A stretch of DNA of 64,000 nucleotides from Bdellovibrionales bacterium (GCA_965262715.1 OZ253553.1:672001-736000), one strand, 5' to 3'; positions 9,293-20,910 are shown, numbered from the stretch's first letter. Translations and numbers: made by a program. Notes: generated by a model from the sequence alone, not told the origin.

Positions 9293-10411
9293 TTAGTAAG
9301 CCAAGCGTTGGCTTGTCAAATAAGCCAGTCGATCAAGGCATTCAAATTCTTTTTTGTCATTAGAAGCAAAATTAATATGTCCTAATTTGCGTCCTTGCCT
9401 ACGTTGAGAGGAGTTTGTGTCTTTTTTTCCATACCAATATAGGCTGAGATGTCCATATATATCAAGAGGTGTTTTTTCATTATTTATATCTTTTTGACGG
9501 CTTAAAATATTGTGCATGCCAAAATACTTAGGGTATTCAACTTTTGGAAAAGGCCGTCCAAGGAGTGCTCTCCAATGAGCTTCAAATTGGCTTAAAGCTG
9601 TGTTTTGTGACCAGTGTCCTGAATTATGAACGCGTGGGGCTATCTCGTTGATAAGCAATTTGCTATCTTTTAAAAAAAACTCAATGGCAAATACTCCTAC
9701 AAGCCCAGAAGAGGCAAGAGCTAGTTTTTTTGCATAGGATTGCGCATCCTTAGAAATACCTAAATCATCTTCAAACCTGTAAACACTACGGCAAATACCT
9801 TTTGATTGAATGGTTTCAACCAGGGGAAAGTAGTAAAAATCTTTTTGATGGATAGAACAAGCTATTACTAAAGCAAGCTCTTTATCAAAGGCAATCATCT
9901 CTTCTGCATAAATAGGAATTTTTCTCTGATCGGCTTGATCTACGAAATCAATGGCATGAGAGATATTTCCCTCTTTTAAAAAATAAGTGCCCAGGCCATC
10001 ATAGCCCATCTTTCCCCATTTGAGCACAGCTCCTTGAGGAAATTCTAATTGCAGATGTTCTACCCAAGATTTTGATGATATATTTATAGGCTTTTCCCTG
10101 TACTGAGATGTAGGAAGCTTTAGTCGACTTAAGAGCCTTTTTTGTTCTAATTTATTGCTAAATATTTGAATAGCTTGAAGATTAGGCTTTAAAATTTTTG
10201 TGTCAGTTAGGTGTGTTGTTTCTAAGAACTCATTTTCTATGGTTAAAAGCTGGCTATGCTCAAGTAGTTGTTGAATATCCTCTGTTGTTTGAGAAGCATA
10301 ATGTGCTGGGCAATCAGGAGGTCCGAGGCAGAGCGGTTTAAGTCCAAGTTTCTTAGCTGAAGCAGATAACATCAGTGCTAGCTGTCCCCCTCCAAGAATC
10401 CCTACATTCAT
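9293..10411 (-). CDS. purK: N5-carboxyaminoimidazole ribonucleotide synthase
   Basis: GILGGGQLA.M, GYDG.G, NEIAPRVHNSGHWS, SQFE.H.RA, RKLGH. Confidence 0.96.
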   Translation of the reverse strand: MNVGILGGGQLALMLSASAKKLGLKPLCLGPPDCPAHYASQTTEDIQQLLEHSQLLTIENEFLETTHLTDTKILKPNLQAIQIFSNKLEQKRLLSRLKLPTSQYREKPINISSKSWVEHLQLEFPQGAVLKWGKMGYDGLGTYFLKEGNISHAIDFVDQADQRKIPIYAEEMIAFDKELALVIACSIHQKDFYYFPLVETIQSKGICRSVYRFEDDLGISKDAQSYAKKLALASSGLVGVFAIEFFLKDSKLLINEIAPRVHNSGHWSQNTALSQFEAHWRALLGRPFPKVEYPKYFGMHNILSRQKDINNEKTPLDIYGHLSLYWYGKKDTNSSQRRQGRKLGHINFASNDKKEFECLDRLAYLTSQRLAY

Positions 10412-10585
10412 TAAGCCTATCTCCTTAAACTTGTTTTTTATAATATATCTTTGATTTATCCACTCTTATCACAAGTAAAAGCAAGCTGTAAAGCGAGGCT
10501 AAAAAGTAGATGAAAATAACCCTCATCTTAAATTTAATTGTCTCATTTTTAGAAATAAGTCTAAAGGTTAAAGATTTTTTTTCCG

Positions 10586-11152
10586 ATGGTAAACATGGGT
10601 AGAAAGAAAGGGGAAAAAATGGATAATGTTATTCATATAGACTTTCAGTCAGGGTCTAAGAGTGCAAAACCAATAAAAGTTACTAAAAAGAAAAAGAAAA
10701 AAGCAGTATTAAAGTCATCAAGTCATAATAATGTTCATAATATTAGTTTCATACATGATAAAGCTTCTGAGGATAGGAGAAAAAAACGTCGTATTATTGT
10801 GTCAGGACTTATGAATGCAGCTATTGTTCATTCAAAAGGACTTATTCGTGATGTTTTTATTTATGATATTTCAAGAGAGGGTATGAGCTTTGATTTGCCT
10901 CAAGAATATAACATCAAGAAAGATGAGGAATTGAACATGAGATTGTACTTAAATTCAGTAGATTTTTTTGAATTTACTGTTTTAGTCAAAAATAAAAGAC
11001 CTGTGGATATAGAAGATTTCCATAGATACGGTACAATATTTCGAAATCTCAATACAGATAATAAGAAAGCTATTATAAACTTAGTGAGCTTTATAGAGTC
11101 TGCTAGTAGTGTTCTTAATAAAGATCGTGGTGAAGTCCTCTTCTCCATCTAG
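10586..11152 (+). CDS. PilZ-domain (c-di-GMP-binding) protein; probable start 10619
   Basis: RRKKRR (RxxxR) and DISREG (DxSxxG) motifs. Confidence 0.8.
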   Translation: MVNMGRKKGEKMDNVIHIDFQSGSKSAKPIKVTKKKKKKAVLKSSSHNNVHNISFIHDKASEDRRKKRRIIVSGLMNAAIVHSKGLIRDVFIYDISREGMSFDLPQEYNIKKDEELNMRLYLNSVDFFEFTVLVKNKRPVDIEDFHRYGTIFRNLNTDNKKAIINLVSFIESASSVLNKDRGEVLFSI

Positions 11153-11189
11153 TAATGGTTTATACATACAAGGGCATAGCATATTATTT

Positions 11190-11400
11190 CCCTGTTCCCG
11201 GAAACCGGTTTCCCGGAGGCTATATCCCGGAAAAATAGTTTCAACCAAGGGATATAAGTAGCATTATCATTATTACTTTTTAAGTTAGAATATTTTTTCC
11301 GGAAATCCGGAAAACTGGCAGTCCGGCAATCTGGCAATTAGGTTCCGGCAGCTGTTTGCCGTAGGTTCATTCTGGGCACATAGGTTACACTTTTGCCTAT
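11190..11400. repeat. CCGG-rich repeat / IS481-like end relic
   Basis: Clustered ccgg/ctggca motifs; inverted copy of 181-210. Confidence 0.45.
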
Positions 11401-11536
11401 AGAAGAAGTCTACCATAACTCTAGATTATTGAGAGAGGTTATCAAGTTAAATTCAAGAAGAGTAGGTCTAGTATTTTTGAGACTGCTTCTAAATTTTTTC
11501 CGGCAAATGTTCCCGGAAAGTTCGAATGCTGTAAAT

Positions 11537-12865
11537 TTATTTATCATCTTGGTTTTTACGAAGTTTTTCTAAATGGTCTATATAATTAAGGGATAGACGA
11601 TGATAAAGAAGTTGAGGACATACACTCTTGGAAGCGACACTTGCAATGATAGTGGCGATCATAAGAGGGATAATCATTGATTGATCTCTAACAAGTTCAG
11701 CAACAATTACAAATGATGTAATGGGAGCGCCTACAGTGCCTGCAAGATAGGCAGCCATTCCTAATGTAGCTGCTACAGGTCCAACCACATCAAGATAAAC
11801 TGATAAGTAATGTCCAATGGAAGCTCCTGTAGCCAGTGATGGAGCAAAAATACCCCCTGGAATACCACTCATATAAGATGCTAAAGTTGCCATCATTTTA
11901 GCAATAGGTAAGAAAAAAGAACCCTCTTGCATATTCCCAGCTAAAATATCGATTGTTTGACGGTACCCTGTACCAAAAACAAATCCATTAGTCATATGAC
12001 CTAAAACAGCTATCACCAAACCACAAAATAAGGCTAAAAATACATTTTGATTAAAAGAAAACTTTTGGGTTTGTGACTTGATATAAAGTAAAAGTTTTGA
12101 AAATAATCCTCCTAAAACACCACAAATAATACCGACAACAACTGCAACGTAAGAAGCCTGATTCCATGACATGGTGATATCAAATGTGCCAAAGTAAGAG
12201 TGATTTCCAAAAAGAGACATAGATACAAGTGCTGCAATCACCACAGTGATTAGTGTCAAATAGCTCATCCTCTCTTCAAACTTACGGCTTAGCTCTTCAA
12301 TAGCAAAGACAATACCAGCAAGAGGTGTATTAAAAGCTGCTGATAAACCTGCTGCGCCTCCAGCTACAATAATTCCCTGTTCGATATCTCTTTTGTTAAT
12401 CTTAGCATATTTGGCAAAAGAGCAAAGAATAGATGAGCTAATATGAACAGTAGGCCCCTCTCTACCAATAGATGCTCCTAAAAGATGCCCTAAAACTGTC
12501 ATGACAAACTTAGTGATAGCCAACTGCCAAGAAAGGAGTGCTGATTGAGAGGCCTTTGCAGCTGCAATCACCTGAGGGATACCACTACCAACACTCATAG
12601 GGTTGATCCAGTTAGTCAGAACATGTAAGAAAAGCAGGCCAAAAGGCAAAAATATATAAGGTAAATAAGGATTATCTTGGTACCATGAAGCATTAACACT
12701 GGAAGCCCAGTGACAAGATACTGCAAAAGCAGCAGAAACCACTCCAACCAGTATAGCCCCTAACCATAAGACAGCACGTGTTTTTAGTAAGTCCAGGTCA
12801 CTCCAGTCAGTCAGTGCCTTTGAAGTGTCTGTCCTAATGTCTTTAATCAGCTCCTTCATTACCAT
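11537..12865 (-). CDS. ClC-family H+/Cl- exchanger
   Basis: GSGIP, GREGP (gating Glu), GIFAP motifs; multiple TM helices. Confidence 0.93.
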   Translation of the reverse strand: MVMKELIKDIRTDTSKALTDWSDLDLLKTRAVLWLGAILVGVVSAAFAVSCHWASSVNASWYQDNPYLPYIFLPFGLLFLHVLTNWINPMSVGSGIPQVIAAAKASQSALLSWQLAITKFVMTVLGHLLGASIGREGPTVHISSSILCSFAKYAKINKRDIEQGIIVAGGAAGLSAAFNTPLAGIVFAIEELSRKFEERMSYLTLITVVIAALVSMSLFGNHSYFGTFDITMSWNQASYVAVVVGIICGVLGGLFSKLLLYIKSQTQKFSFNQNVFLALFCGLVIAVLGHMTNGFVFGTGYRQTIDILAGNMQEGSFFLPIAKMMATLASYMSGIPGGIFAPSLATGASIGHYLSVYLDVVGPVAATLGMAAYLAGTVGAPITSFVIVAELVRDQSMIIPLMIATIIASVASKSVCPQLLYHRLSLNYIDHLEKLRKNQDDK

Positions 12866-12981
12866 AATAGTTTCTTTTTTCTAAGGAAATTTTTGTTTAT
12901 ATTTGTTAAAAAAATAGGCTTAACTGATTGGTTTGGCAAATATTCTTTTCGTTTTTTTACAACATAGTCATTTTAATGGAA

Positions 12982-13680
12982 TTATTGAATTATAGGAAGA
13001 TTTAAATGAGGGCAAATACGATCTAAAAAGCAGTTTTTACAAAGTGGTTTTCTAGCTTTACAAAGACTTCTACCATGCTGAATCATCCAGTGAGAAAAGC
13101 CTATCCAGTCCTTTTTAGGAACAACTTTCTCTAAATCTTTTTCCAACTTTACAGCATCTTTTCCTCTAGCAAATCCTAGACGATTTGAGAGTCTAGTCAC
13201 ATGAGTGTCTACAACAATGCCTGGAATACTAAAAGCATTACCTAAGAGCACATTTGCTGTTTTTCTACCAACTCCAGGCAACTTTGTTAGTTCTTTCATA
13301 TTGCGAGGAACCTCTCCTTTATGTTCTCTAATAATTTGTTTTGCAGCAGCACAGATGTGCTTAGCCTTGTTTTTATAAAAACCAGTAGATTTGATCAACT
13401 CTTCTATTTGCTTTAAAGATGCTTGAGACATGCTTTGAGGGTCAGGATATTTTTTAAAAAGATGAGGTGTGACCTTATTGACACGTTCATCTGTGCACTG
13501 TGCAGAAAGAACTGTTGCTACAAGAAGCTGATAAGGTGTCTTATAAGATAAAGCACATAAACTACCTTGATACTGTTTTTTAAGTAGCTTTAGTATCTTT
13601 CGGCGATTTAGGATCTGACCCGTCAGGTCCTGACAAGTCAGAGTGCAAGTTAGGGTGTTTTTTTTAGCCTTCACCATCAT
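12982..13680 (-). CDS. nth: Endonuclease III
   Basis: LLVATVLSAQCTD.RVN, HhH LPGVGRKTAN, VDTHV, C-x6-C-x2-C-x5-C FeS motif; start trimmed to 13680. Confidence 0.96.
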   Translation of the reverse strand: MMVKAKKNTLTCTLTCQDLTGQILNRRKILKLLKKQYQGSLCALSYKTPYQLLVATVLSAQCTDERVNKVTPHLFKKYPDPQSMSQASLKQIEELIKSTGFYKNKAKHICAAAKQIIREHKGEVPRNMKELTKLPGVGRKTANVLLGNAFSIPGIVVDTHVTRLSNRLGFARGKDAVKLEKDLEKVVPKKDWIGFSHWMIQHGRSLCKARKPLCKNCFLDRICPHLNLPIIQ

Positions 13681-13900
13681 CTCCAATGGCTTCAACGGGA
13701 CAGCTTTCAAGTGCTTCTTTGCACTCGTCTTCTTCTTGTTTGGATATGGGTTGTTTAACAACGAAGGCATGATCTAAGTCTTCGTCGAGTTTAAAGTTTT
13801 CTGGGGCAGCTGCAGAACAAGCATCACAGGAAATACATGAACTATCCACATAATACTTTCCACGTACATTTTCTTCAAATTTTTCTTCTTTATCTGCCAT
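13664..13900 (-). CDS. Ferredoxin
   Basis: YYVDSSCISCDAC...CPVEAIG; start MADKEE at 13900. Confidence 0.92.
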   Translation of the reverse strand: MADKEEKFEENVRGKYYVDSSCISCDACSAAAPENFKLDEDLDHAFVVKQPISKQEEDECKEALESCPVEAIGDDGEG

Positions 13901-13982
13901 TTCTTCACCAGAAGCACCTTTTTTTTTAAATGCATGTGAGCCATTAAAGTTGCCTGCAATCTTGAAGTCAATTGCGCATATA

Positions 13983-16046
13983 TCAAACAATCAAAGGGGC
14001 AATGATGAGGCTGACGATGGACATCAGTTTGATCAAGATATTCATAGCTGGCCCAGTAGTGTCTTTAAAAGGATCTCCTACTGTATCTCCTGTTACAGCT
14101 GCTTTATGAGCATCTCCACCTTTAGCTTCTCCTTCTAAGCTACCTTTTTCAATATACTTTTTAGCATTATCCCAAGCTCCTCCTGCATTTGACATTAAAA
14201 GAGCAATCACTACGCCTACCAATAAGGCACCTACTAGCATACCACCTAAAGCGTCTGCTCCCAAGCTAAAACCAACAGCAACAGGAGCTAGTATAGCCAA
14301 CAGACCTGGAAGAATCATTTCTTGTAGAGCTACCTTCGTGGAAATTTCAATACATTTCTTTGTGTCAGGTTTACCCTCACCTTTCAATAATCCTGGGATT
14401 TCTTTAAACTGTCTTCGTATTTCAGAGACCATTTGAGAGGCAGCTTTTCCTACAGAGGTCATTGTCATGGCTCCTGCCAGTAGTGGAACAATAGCACCTA
14501 ACAGTAAGCCAGCAATCACTTTAGGATTAGAAATATCCATAACCATCGCGCCTAAGCTTTGCTCTGCAAGTGATGAGTTGACAGCTTGAGTATAAGCTAC
14601 AAAAAGAGCTAGTGCTGTTAAAGCAGCTGAGCCGATAGCAAAGCCTTTTCCAATAGCAGCAGTGGTGTTTCCTAGAGCGTCTAGTTCATCTGTGATTTTT
14701 CGCACATCAGGTCCTAAGCCTGCCATCACTGAAATACCTCCAGCATTGTCGGCAATGGGTCCATAAGCATCCACTGTCATTGTGACACCTACAGTTGCCA
14801 GCATACCCACAGCGGCCATAGCAATTCCATAAAGGCCTGCTAAATTATAAGATATTAAAATAGATGCAGAAATAAGAGCCAGCGGTATAGCGCAAGACTC
14901 TAAACCTACAGCCATTCCTGTAATGATATTTGTTGCAGGTCCTGTGCGGGAAGCTTCCATAATTCTGTAAACAGGCCGTGACGATGTGTAATATTCAGTG
15001 ACCTTACCAATACAAATTCCAGCGATTGTTCCTGTCATAATAGCAAAGTAAATATGGGGATTCATGTGAGCTGTTTGAACATAAATCCAAGTTAAAATTA
15101 AAAACAAAACTCCTGCTATCACAGAAGAAAGAGTTAATGCTGTCTGAGAGTTTAAACTTTTAAGAACCTTCATTCCAAAAATACCAAAGAGAGAGGAAAA
15201 CAAACCGATAATAGCTAAAATAAGAGGAAAAGAAAGTAACAGCCCTTGAGCAACTACATCATCTGAAATCATTACAAGCTGTCGTATCGTATCACTGCTC
15301 ATGGTAGCTGCAATAGCAATAGATGCTACGATAGCCCCTACATAAGATTCGAAGATGTCAGCTCCCATACCAGCTACATCGCCCACATTGTCTCCTACAT
15401 TATCTGCGATAACGCCAGGGTTTCTGGGATCATCTTCAGGGATACCAGCTTCTATCTTACCTACAAGGTCTGATCCCACATCTGCGGCTTTTGTGAAAAT
15501 ACCTCCACCTACACGTGAAAAAAGAGCGATAGAAGAAGCCCCTATAGAAAAGCCAGAAATAATACTTGCTGTTTCTGGGTCCCTACCAAAAAAGTAAAAT
15601 AAAATCCCTAAACCCAGCAAACCAAGGCTAGCAACAGAAAGTCCCATCACACTTCCACCTTGAAAGGCCATTAGTAAGCTTGCAGCCTGTCCATGGTCTT
15701 TTGCTGCTGCAGCTGTTCGCACATTTGCTTTTGTAGCTGCCATCATTCCTAAAAAGCCGGCAAGGCCAGATGCAATCGCTCCAGAAATAAAAGCTAAGGA
15801 TGTAGCAAGATTAAAGTTAAAAAATAAAAGACCAGCTACTATGACTACAAATATAGCTAAAATCGTGTACTCTGATTTTAAGAAGGTCATAGCTCCTGCA
15901 TGGATTTCATCTCCTATATCTTGCATTTTTTTTGTGCCTGGCGAAGCCTTTAAGATGGTCTGGTATAATATGCCAGCAACCAATAAACCAATAAGGCCAG
16001 CTAAAGGTGCTAGCACACCTACTCCAAATAAATATGTCTGTTGCAT
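13983..16046 (-). CDS. hppA: K+-stimulated (likely Na+-translocating) membrane pyrophosphatase
   Basis: [34 protein letters not shown] (Ala = K+-dependent clade), [11 protein letters not shown]. Confidence 0.96.
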   Translation of the reverse strand: MQQTYLFGVGVLAPLAGLIGLLVAGILYQTILKASPGTKKMQDIGDEIHAGAMTFLKSEYTILAIFVVIVAGLLFFNFNLATSLAFISGAIASGLAGFLGMMAATKANVRTAAAAKDHGQAASLLMAFQGGSVMGLSVASLGLLGLGILFYFFGRDPETASIISGFSIGASSIALFSRVGGGIFTKAADVGSDLVGKIEAGIPEDDPRNPGVIADNVGDNVGDVAGMGADIFESYVGAIVASIAIAATMSSDTIRQLVMISDDVVAQGLLLSFPLILAIIGLFSSLFGIFGMKVLKSLNSQTALTLSSVIAGVLFLILTWIYVQTAHMNPHIYFAIMTGTIAGICIGKVTEYYTSSRPVYRIMEASRTGPATNIITGMAVGLESCAIPLALISASILISYNLAGLYGIAMAAVGMLATVGVTMTVDAYGPIADNAGGISVMAGLGPDVRKITDELDALGNTTAAIGKGFAIGSAALTALALFVAYTQAVNSSLAEQSLGAMVMDISNPKVIAGLLLGAIVPLLAGAMTMTSVGKAASQMVSEIRRQFKEIPGLLKGEGKPDTKKCIEISTKVALQEMILPGLLAILAPVAVGFSLGADALGGMLVGALLVGVVIALLMSNAGGAWDNAKKYIEKGSLEGEAKGGDAHKAAVTGDTVGDPFKDTTGPAMNILIKLMSIVSLIIAPLIV

Positions 16047-16385
16047 AAACTATCTCCTCTTGTTTATTCAAACCACTTTAATCAACTTATTTTGAAGTGT
16101 CTATATCTATAAGCCTATAAAATTCTTAGGCCTTTAATGTCAATTAATGCAGCCCTGTTCCAAACATATTGGTATGTGAAGTATCAATACGGCAAATAAT
16201 TGCATATTTTACATCTCTTGTTAAATCTTCACTGAGTTGAACCTTCTTTAAGATGGCTTCTTGAATCATAAAGCTGCCATGGTCACCTTCTCTTTCATCT
16301 AATTTACCAAGTTGAAATGAAGTGTATAGGACAAGATCCATAAATCTATGGATTATAATTTCTTGTTAGGATGTAATGCAGATTG

Positions 16386-17714
16386 TCATTTACTATATGT
16401 GTTCTTATATGCAGGGTCAAAATAGGATTTTACCAGTGGGCCTTGGCGAATCCTATAACATAAAAATCGACAATCTATTTGTCCATTTTTAACAGAGTAT
16501 CTATTAGAGGTTTTCAATTGTGTAAAGCTAGAGGGCCTGCCACTTAATATCCACGCCACCCAACCTTGAAATTGCGTCTTTAGGATATAAGACAATGCCT
16601 TACAACAATCTAAATCATCTGGGGCAGATGGGCCATCTGGGGTAGATGGGCTGTTGTTTTCTAAATGGCTTAACCGGTTATTTGATGAAGTGTTTTGATT
16701 TGTCTGAAAGCTAGTTCTTATACCATAAGGTGGATTTGTGATGACAAGTCCAGCCAGGCTATTTACTTGAGCTTTATCTTGTAACCTGCTTACTTCATTA
16801 GGCATTCTTACAGCTGATAAGGTTAGCTCATTGATTTCTTTTTTTTGAAAACATATAAGTGAATCTACTCCTGCAGCTGAAGCATTTGACCTTGCGCATT
16901 TAATAGCAAAAGAACTTCTATCAAAGCCACAAATAGGGAAGGGTAATTGGCTTTCATGAACTTCACTGGCCACAGCTTGATTGACAATTTCTTGCCAAGT
17001 GTCGGCCTGAAAGGTTTTCCATTTTTGAAAAGCAAAAGATTTTCTTAATAATCCAGGAGCTATATTCAATGCCATCATAGCCCCTTCAATCAAAAAAGTG
17101 CCAGAACCACACATAGGGTCTACAAGAGCAGATTTCTTATCCCACCTGGACATCAGTAAAAGCCCAGCAGCTAAGTGTTCTCTTAAAGCTGATGTGATAG
17201 AGTTTTTACGATAACCTCTTTTTGAAAGACTCTGACCAGAGGTATCAAGGGCTACAAAGATATCTTTCCCATCCACTCTTACAAAAACAGGCAGGTCACA
17301 AAGTTTTTTATCAACATTAGGACGTGCTTCGTATTTCTCTTGAAATTGATCTGCAATAGCATCTTTCACTTGAAGGTTAATAAAACGGGTATCTTTAAAT
17401 ATGGGATACTTTTGTTCTTTGACAATATCTGAAGAGACTTTAAATGTTTGATGAATAGATATCCAATCTGTAAATTGAATCTCTTTTATGCCTTGGTAGA
17501 GTTGTGTATTATCTTTAGCAGTGAATTGACTGATAGGATAGAGAATGCGAGTTGCAGATCGCAACCAAAGATTAGCTTTATAACAACCTTTCCAATCAGA
17601 GTAAAAATAAACTCCCTCAAGTGCTTTTCTTGTTTGAAAGCCAAGACTTCTAAGTTCTGATTCTAAAACATCAAAAAGTCCTCTTGATGTGAGAGCTAAA
17701 AATTTTAAGTCCAT
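16386..17714 (-). CDS. rlmL: THUMP-domain 23S rRNA methyltransferase (RlmL-like)
   Basis: ANLWLRSATRI, SL.KRGYR, LRE.LAA, DPMCGSGT, NPPYG. Confidence 0.88.
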   Translation of the reverse strand: MDLKFLALTSRGLFDVLESELRSLGFQTRKALEGVYFYSDWKGCYKANLWLRSATRILYPISQFTAKDNTQLYQGIKEIQFTDWISIHQTFKVSSDIVKEQKYPIFKDTRFINLQVKDAIADQFQEKYEARPNVDKKLCDLPVFVRVDGKDIFVALDTSGQSLSKRGYRKNSITSALREHLAAGLLLMSRWDKKSALVDPMCGSGTFLIEGAMMALNIAPGLLRKSFAFQKWKTFQADTWQEIVNQAVASEVHESQLPFPICGFDRSSFAIKCARSNASAAGVDSLICFQKKEINELTLSAVRMPNEVSRLQDKAQVNSLAGLVITNPPYGIRTSFQTNQNTSSNNRLSHLENNSPSTPDGPSAPDDLDCCKALSYILKTQFQGWVAWILSGRPSSFTQLKTSNRYSVKNGQIDCRFLCYRIRQGPLVKSYFDPAYKNTYSK

Positions 17715-17861
17715 TTTTATGATCCTTACAGGCTTACATAAAGTGATAAAACCTACTTTTTTGTTTGAAGCAAGCTATCTTTAAATAAGGTATGAAAAAC
17801 ATTGGTATTTTGTATTTATGTAAATTAGAAACCAAATTCTAATTTACATATCTTAAGTTTA

Positions 17862-18758
17862 TTATTTATGACTGCTAATTTGGCGGAGGGAGTCAGTCAA
17901 AGATGTTTTTTTATCTGTACTTTCTGACCTTTTACCAATAATCAAAGCGCATGGAAGATAATACTGGCCTGCGGGAAACTTTTTAGGGCGCATTCCAGGG
18001 ATCACTATGGAGTTTTTAGGTATACGTTTCTTAAGTGTTTGAGGAGTTGATGTTGTCACATCAATAATAGGAGTGCTAGCTGTGATCACTAAACCTGCGC
18101 CTAAAACAGCCCCTTCTTCTACATGGGCTCCTTCTACGATCACGCACCGGCTACCTACAAAGACATTATCTTCTATAATAACAGGGGTGGCTTGTAGTGG
18201 CTCTAAAACGCCTCCAATACCCACACCACCTGAAAGGTGGACACACTCTCCAATTTGAGCGCAACTACCTACTGTGGCCCATGTATCTACCATAGTAGAT
18301 CTTCCTACAAAGGCTCCTATATTGACAAAGCTTGGCATAAGGACAACATGAGGTCCAATATAAGCTCCAATTCTAACAGATGCAGGAGGTACCACTCGTA
18401 TGCCCTCTTCGTGATCTGCTTTGTCATTCCAATCTCTTATAAGGCATTTATCGCGGTAGCTTAAATGTGTTACTCCTGATGTGTGATTTTGTTTAGACTT
18501 GTGAGGCTCGTGTGACGTGCCAAATGAATGCATTTGGGTATTTTGAAAGTAAAGTAAGATAGCTTTTTTAATCCATTGATGCATGACCCATCCTTTTGAG
18601 GTCTTTTCGCAAACTCTTAATTTTCCTGAAGTCAAATGATTGAGGACTTGATGGATGGTATCTAGTAATTGAGATTGATTCTTTCTGCAAAACTCTTTGT
18701 TATCAAAAGCATTTTCTATGATTTCTTCTAAATGTTTTATACTTTTGTTTTCTGACAT
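17862..18758 (-). CDS. dapD: Tetrahydrodipicolinate N-succinyltransferase
   Basis: WIKKAILLYF, RVVPP, MVDTWATVGSCAQIG..VHLSGGVGIGGVLEP. Confidence 0.96.
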   Translation of the reverse strand: MSENKSIKHLEEIIENAFDNKEFCRKNQSQLLDTIHQVLNHLTSGKLRVCEKTSKGWVMHQWIKKAILLYFQNTQMHSFGTSHEPHKSKQNHTSGVTHLSYRDKCLIRDWNDKADHEEGIRVVPPASVRIGAYIGPHVVLMPSFVNIGAFVGRSTMVDTWATVGSCAQIGECVHLSGGVGIGGVLEPLQATPVIIEDNVFVGSRCVIVEGAHVEEGAVLGAGLVITASTPIIDVTTSTPQTLKKRIPKNSIVIPGMRPKKFPAGQYYLPCALIIGKRSESTDKKTSLTDSLRQISSHK

Positions 18759-18970
18759 AATATAGTTTCCTAGCTTAATTTAATGGGTATAAGTAGAGTA
18801 TATCCGGTCTCCTATTTTCCGGCCGCTTTGTCTTTGAGTAGACATTATGCCCATAATTGTTGCCTTAGCTTAAACAATTAACTTACCCATAATTTAGCCA
18901 ATTATGGTTGGAGGACGGATTCACCAAAAGAACCTAGCATATTAAAAAGGGATTTGGCAAAGAATAAATA

Positions 18971-20245
18971 TCAATTGACTCGAAACGAAATGTTATTTTC
19001 AGAAACTCTTGGAGATGTTAAGTGAAGCTCATTAAAGTCTGTTTGAGAAAGCTGTTCTGCTAGAGATTTTGACTCTATGTCAGATTCCATCTCAAATACA
19101 ACCTGATCTCTATCAAACCGTCGTTCTCTTAAGTTCTTAATAGAAGGCAGCTTTTTTTGAATAGTTTGCTTAAAGGATTCTAATTGCTGAAAAGTGAATC
19201 TTCCTAAAAGAGTTAACTTCTTGTGTTTGAGACGAAAATATCCACTTTGCCAGGCTGTTAGAGTTTGTGAAGTGAGCGTATCTATCACATGAGTATAAAA
19301 TTCATCAAGTGAAGTGTACGTCGTTTTTGATTCTTGCTGTGTAGGGTCTTTTTTTATAGAGTTTTTATTAGGTGTTTTTTTAGAGTTTTGACCTATAAGG
19401 TCTATTGTGGGATGTTGCTTTTTCACTTCGGTAATCACTTTTCCACTTGCGCAATCAAAAGCAGATAGCTTGATTTCTAACATATTTTGCCGAAATTTCG
19501 AAGTATCTTGTTCTGGTTGTCCTTGATAAAAACGCAGTCGGCCTATCAATAATACTTGAGCTTTTAATTGATCACCTAACTTTATTAATTCTTTTCTCTT
19601 GTAGCGAGTTTTTTGGAATTTCTTTGAAATAAGATCTAAAGATTTTTGTTTTATAGGGTCAATAAAGAGAAATTGATTTGTTGGAAATTTTTTTTGCAGT
19701 GTTTTTATTAATTTAAGAGATTGATCTTTTATAAATTTAAGCTTTTTTGGGTCAGCTTCTTCATTGATTTCTGAAGGTAGCCACCATCCATAAATAATAT
19801 CTTGAATATCATCTGATGCTACAAATAAGGGTAGAATTGTGACAGGACCTGATTGTGATTTTAAAAGACCTTCTTGAGTGAGTATCGTTTTCAGATCAGG
19901 TAAAGATAGCTTAAAGGTGACAGACATATGTGTAACGCCATTTTTAGTATTGGGTTTTGAGTTTTTTGAAAAGAGAATAAAATGGTCTTTTTTAGATATC
20001 ACATTTTCTAAAATAAGCTTTTGATTTTTAGAAAATTCTTTTTGACCAAGTAAGTCTTCAATAATCTCTAATGTTTTTGCTGTTGTAACTTGCTTGTATA
20101 TTTCTCTTCTGGCACTTGCGGGATCAGGTAACTTGCTTGTTCCTTCTGCAACAATAAGGCCTTCATCACTAGAAAGAACAGGTACGACAAGTGTACAGAT
20201 AATTATTACAAAAAATAATTGTTTCATTTCACTTTTACTCTTCAT
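18971..20245 (-). CDS. Conserved hypothetical exported protein
   Basis: 424-aa ORF with signal peptide; possible FlgT/DUF2066-like architecture, not confirmed. Confidence 0.7.
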   Translation of the reverse strand: MKSKSEMKQLFFVIIICTLVVPVLSSDEGLIVAEGTSKLPDPASARREIYKQVTTAKTLEIIEDLLGQKEFSKNQKLILENVISKKDHFILFSKNSKPNTKNGVTHMSVTFKLSLPDLKTILTQEGLLKSQSGPVTILPLFVASDDIQDIIYGWWLPSEINEEADPKKLKFIKDQSLKLIKTLQKKFPTNQFLFIDPIKQKSLDLISKKFQKTRYKRKELIKLGDQLKAQVLLIGRLRFYQGQPEQDTSKFRQNMLEIKLSAFDCASGKVITEVKKQHPTIDLIGQNSKKTPNKNSIKKDPTQQESKTTYTSLDEFYTHVIDTLTSQTLTAWQSGYFRLKHKKLTLLGRFTFQQLESFKQTIQKKLPSIKNLRERRFDRDQVVFEMESDIESKSLAEQLSQTDFNELHLTSPRVSENNISFRVN

Positions 20246-20325
20246 ATCATCTTTTATCTTTCATGTATTATACCATAAAGTCAAGGCACATCATTGAAAT
20301 TACATAAGTTATCATTGACAGATAC

Positions 20326-20910
20326 ATGAATTTATATAAAGTAGGCGTGATGTTTGATAGAGATACAGCCTTTTTACTTATAGATATCCAAAAAGCTTTT
20401 ACCCATAAATCTTGGGGGAAACGTAATAATCCAGAGGCAGAAGATAATATCACAGCTTTGCTTACTGAATTTCGCGAAAAAAAGTTTCTAGTTGCTCATG
20501 TTCAACATATTTCAAAAAATCTAACCTCACTATTCCATCTGAATCAATATGGAGCTGAGTTTATGGATTTTGCATTGCCTAAGGTTGGTGAACAAGTTTT
20601 TCAAAAGGAAGTCAATAGTGCCTTTATTGGAACTAACCTTAATGAATTTTTAAAATCAAAGAAAATCAAAAGTCTTGTTGTAGTAGGCTTTACCTCTGAT
20701 CACTGTGTTTCTACATCTGTGAGAATGGCCTCCAACATGGGGTTTCAAGTTTTTGTAGTGAGTGATGCAACAGCAACATTTGATAGAATGAAGGCTAATG
20801 TTAATTATAAGGCCGAGGTTATCCATGAAATAAACTTGGTAAGTTTACATAATGAATTTGCCACTGTCTTAACTACAAAAGACATAATTGAACAGCTTGA
20901 AAAGCTATAA
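20326..20910 (+). CDS. Isochorismatase-family cysteine hydrolase
   Basis: LLIDIQ, K.VNSAFIGT.L, G..SDHCVSTSVR, DATATF. Confidence 0.93.
   Translation: MNLYKVGVMFDRDTAFLLIDIQKAFTHKSWGKRNNPEAEDNITALLTEFREKKFLVAHVQHISKNLTSLFHLNQYGAEFMDFALPKVGEQVFQKEVNSAFIGTNLNEFLKSKKIKSLVVVGFTSDHCVSTSVRMASNMGFQVFVVSDATATFDRMKANVNYKAEVIHEINLVSLHNEFATVLTTKDIIEQLEKL

Noticed and set aside
11537..12865. Fluoride-specific ClC(F) exporter with riboswitch
   Set aside because: Has canonical GSGIP rather than the ClC(F) GNNLI-type motif; no fluoride riboswitch seen upstream
16144..16341. 65-aa ORF between rlmL and hppA
   Set aside because: No recognisable motif; cannot be supported or excluded from sequence alone
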